Below, one piece after another: positions 31,777 through 32,000 of a DNA stretch of 32,000 nt; positions within the stretch are counted from its first letter, which is position 1; each line of letters starts with the position of its first letter. The DNA is taken from contig CP075337.1 of assembly GCA_025349965.1 (NCBI GenBank), positions 570,001-602,000 on the forward strand, written 5' to 3'. The stretch comes from Candidatus Saccharimonadota bacterium (lineage in GTDB: Bacteria > Patescibacteriota > Saccharimonadia > Saccharimonadales > Saccharimonadaceae). A program made the translations under genes and the position numbers. Under the pieces are notes generated by a model. That model was not told where the DNA came from and searched no databases. It saw only the letters and a program-made list of their open reading frames with translations.

Positions 31777-32000
31777 TTACTCTGTACGCAACGCTTCAAT
31801 TGGGTCAAGCTTCGCAGCCTTGCGGCTTGGGAAGTATCCAGAAATGATAGCGATAAGCATGAGACCAACCACGAGAACGGCGCTCATGAGCCAGTCCATC
31901 TGGAGCAACTCGGTGCCGCTTTCAAGGTCGAATGCGCCTGTAATGACCGGGTTGAGCAATGTCACGAGGAACGCGAGTACTACACCAATGACACCGCCAA
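31777..32000 (-). CDS. ABC transporter permease, FtsX/MacB-like (C-terminal fragment; 5' end outside the window)
   Basis: The frame stays open to position 32000 by my translation (...GGVIGVVLAFLVTLLNPVITGAFDLE...). The C-terminus ISGYFPSRKAAKLDPIEALRTE is the hallmark end of MacB/LolC-type permeases. Confidence 0.8.
   Translation of the reverse strand, partial: GGVIGVVLAFLVTLLNPVITGAFDLESGTELLQMDWLMSAVLVVGLMLIAIISGYFPSRKAAKLDPIEALRTE

Noticed and set aside
1-32000. CRISPR arrays, transposases, integrases, prophage genes and long inverted or direct repeats
   Set aside because: I saw no spaced repeat array and no recombinase-like ORF. The only exact repeats found by eye are the 30-bp promoter module, the 14-bp promoter core and the conserved pilin N-terminal coding segment.

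Overview
This is a compact, gene-dense bacterial chromosome segment. I call 34 CDS, two of them cut by the window edges, with 30 on the minus strand. Reading by eye, I found no rRNA, tRNA, CRISPR array, transposase or integrase.

Most of the content is housekeeping:
- Translation: glyQS, serS, rpmA, prfB, hpf, a TrmH-family RNA methyltransferase.
- Secretion: secA.
- Envelope and division: murI, murD, ftsE, ftsX, a coiled-coil CHAP hydrolase, an S41 C-terminal processing protease.
- DNA repair: recO, xseA, xseB, rnhA.
- Signalling: one sensor-less histidine kinase and two receiver-only response regulators.
- Surface: two type IV pilin-like proteins.

The gene set, the tight packing and the hpf..secA..prfB-ftsEX-ctp order fit a small-genome Gram-positive-type or Patescibacteria (Saccharibacteria-like) organism. 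That taxonomic placement is inference only.

The observations most worth a second look are:
1. A left-edge cluster of rnhA, a 212-aa orphan, a DUF4868/KwaB-like protein with a poly-acidic tail, and a PIF1-family helicase. No KwaA partner is present. It may be a non-canonical defence module.
2. A pervasive promoter pattern in which a TGnTATACT-type extended -10 sits 6-10 nt from the start codon. This implies leaderless mRNAs for most transcription units. It includes a 30-bp exactly duplicated promoter module.
3. A GC-rich opposite-strand orphan gene with its own consensus promoter and terminator.
4. A type IV pilin fused to a FISUMP (Fibrobacter major paralogous) domain.
5. A minimal histidine kinase and receiver pair translationally coupled to recO.
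6. A roughly 150-nt structured leader in front of a solitary rpmA.

All functional calls come from motif recognition in the supplied translations. No database search was possible.
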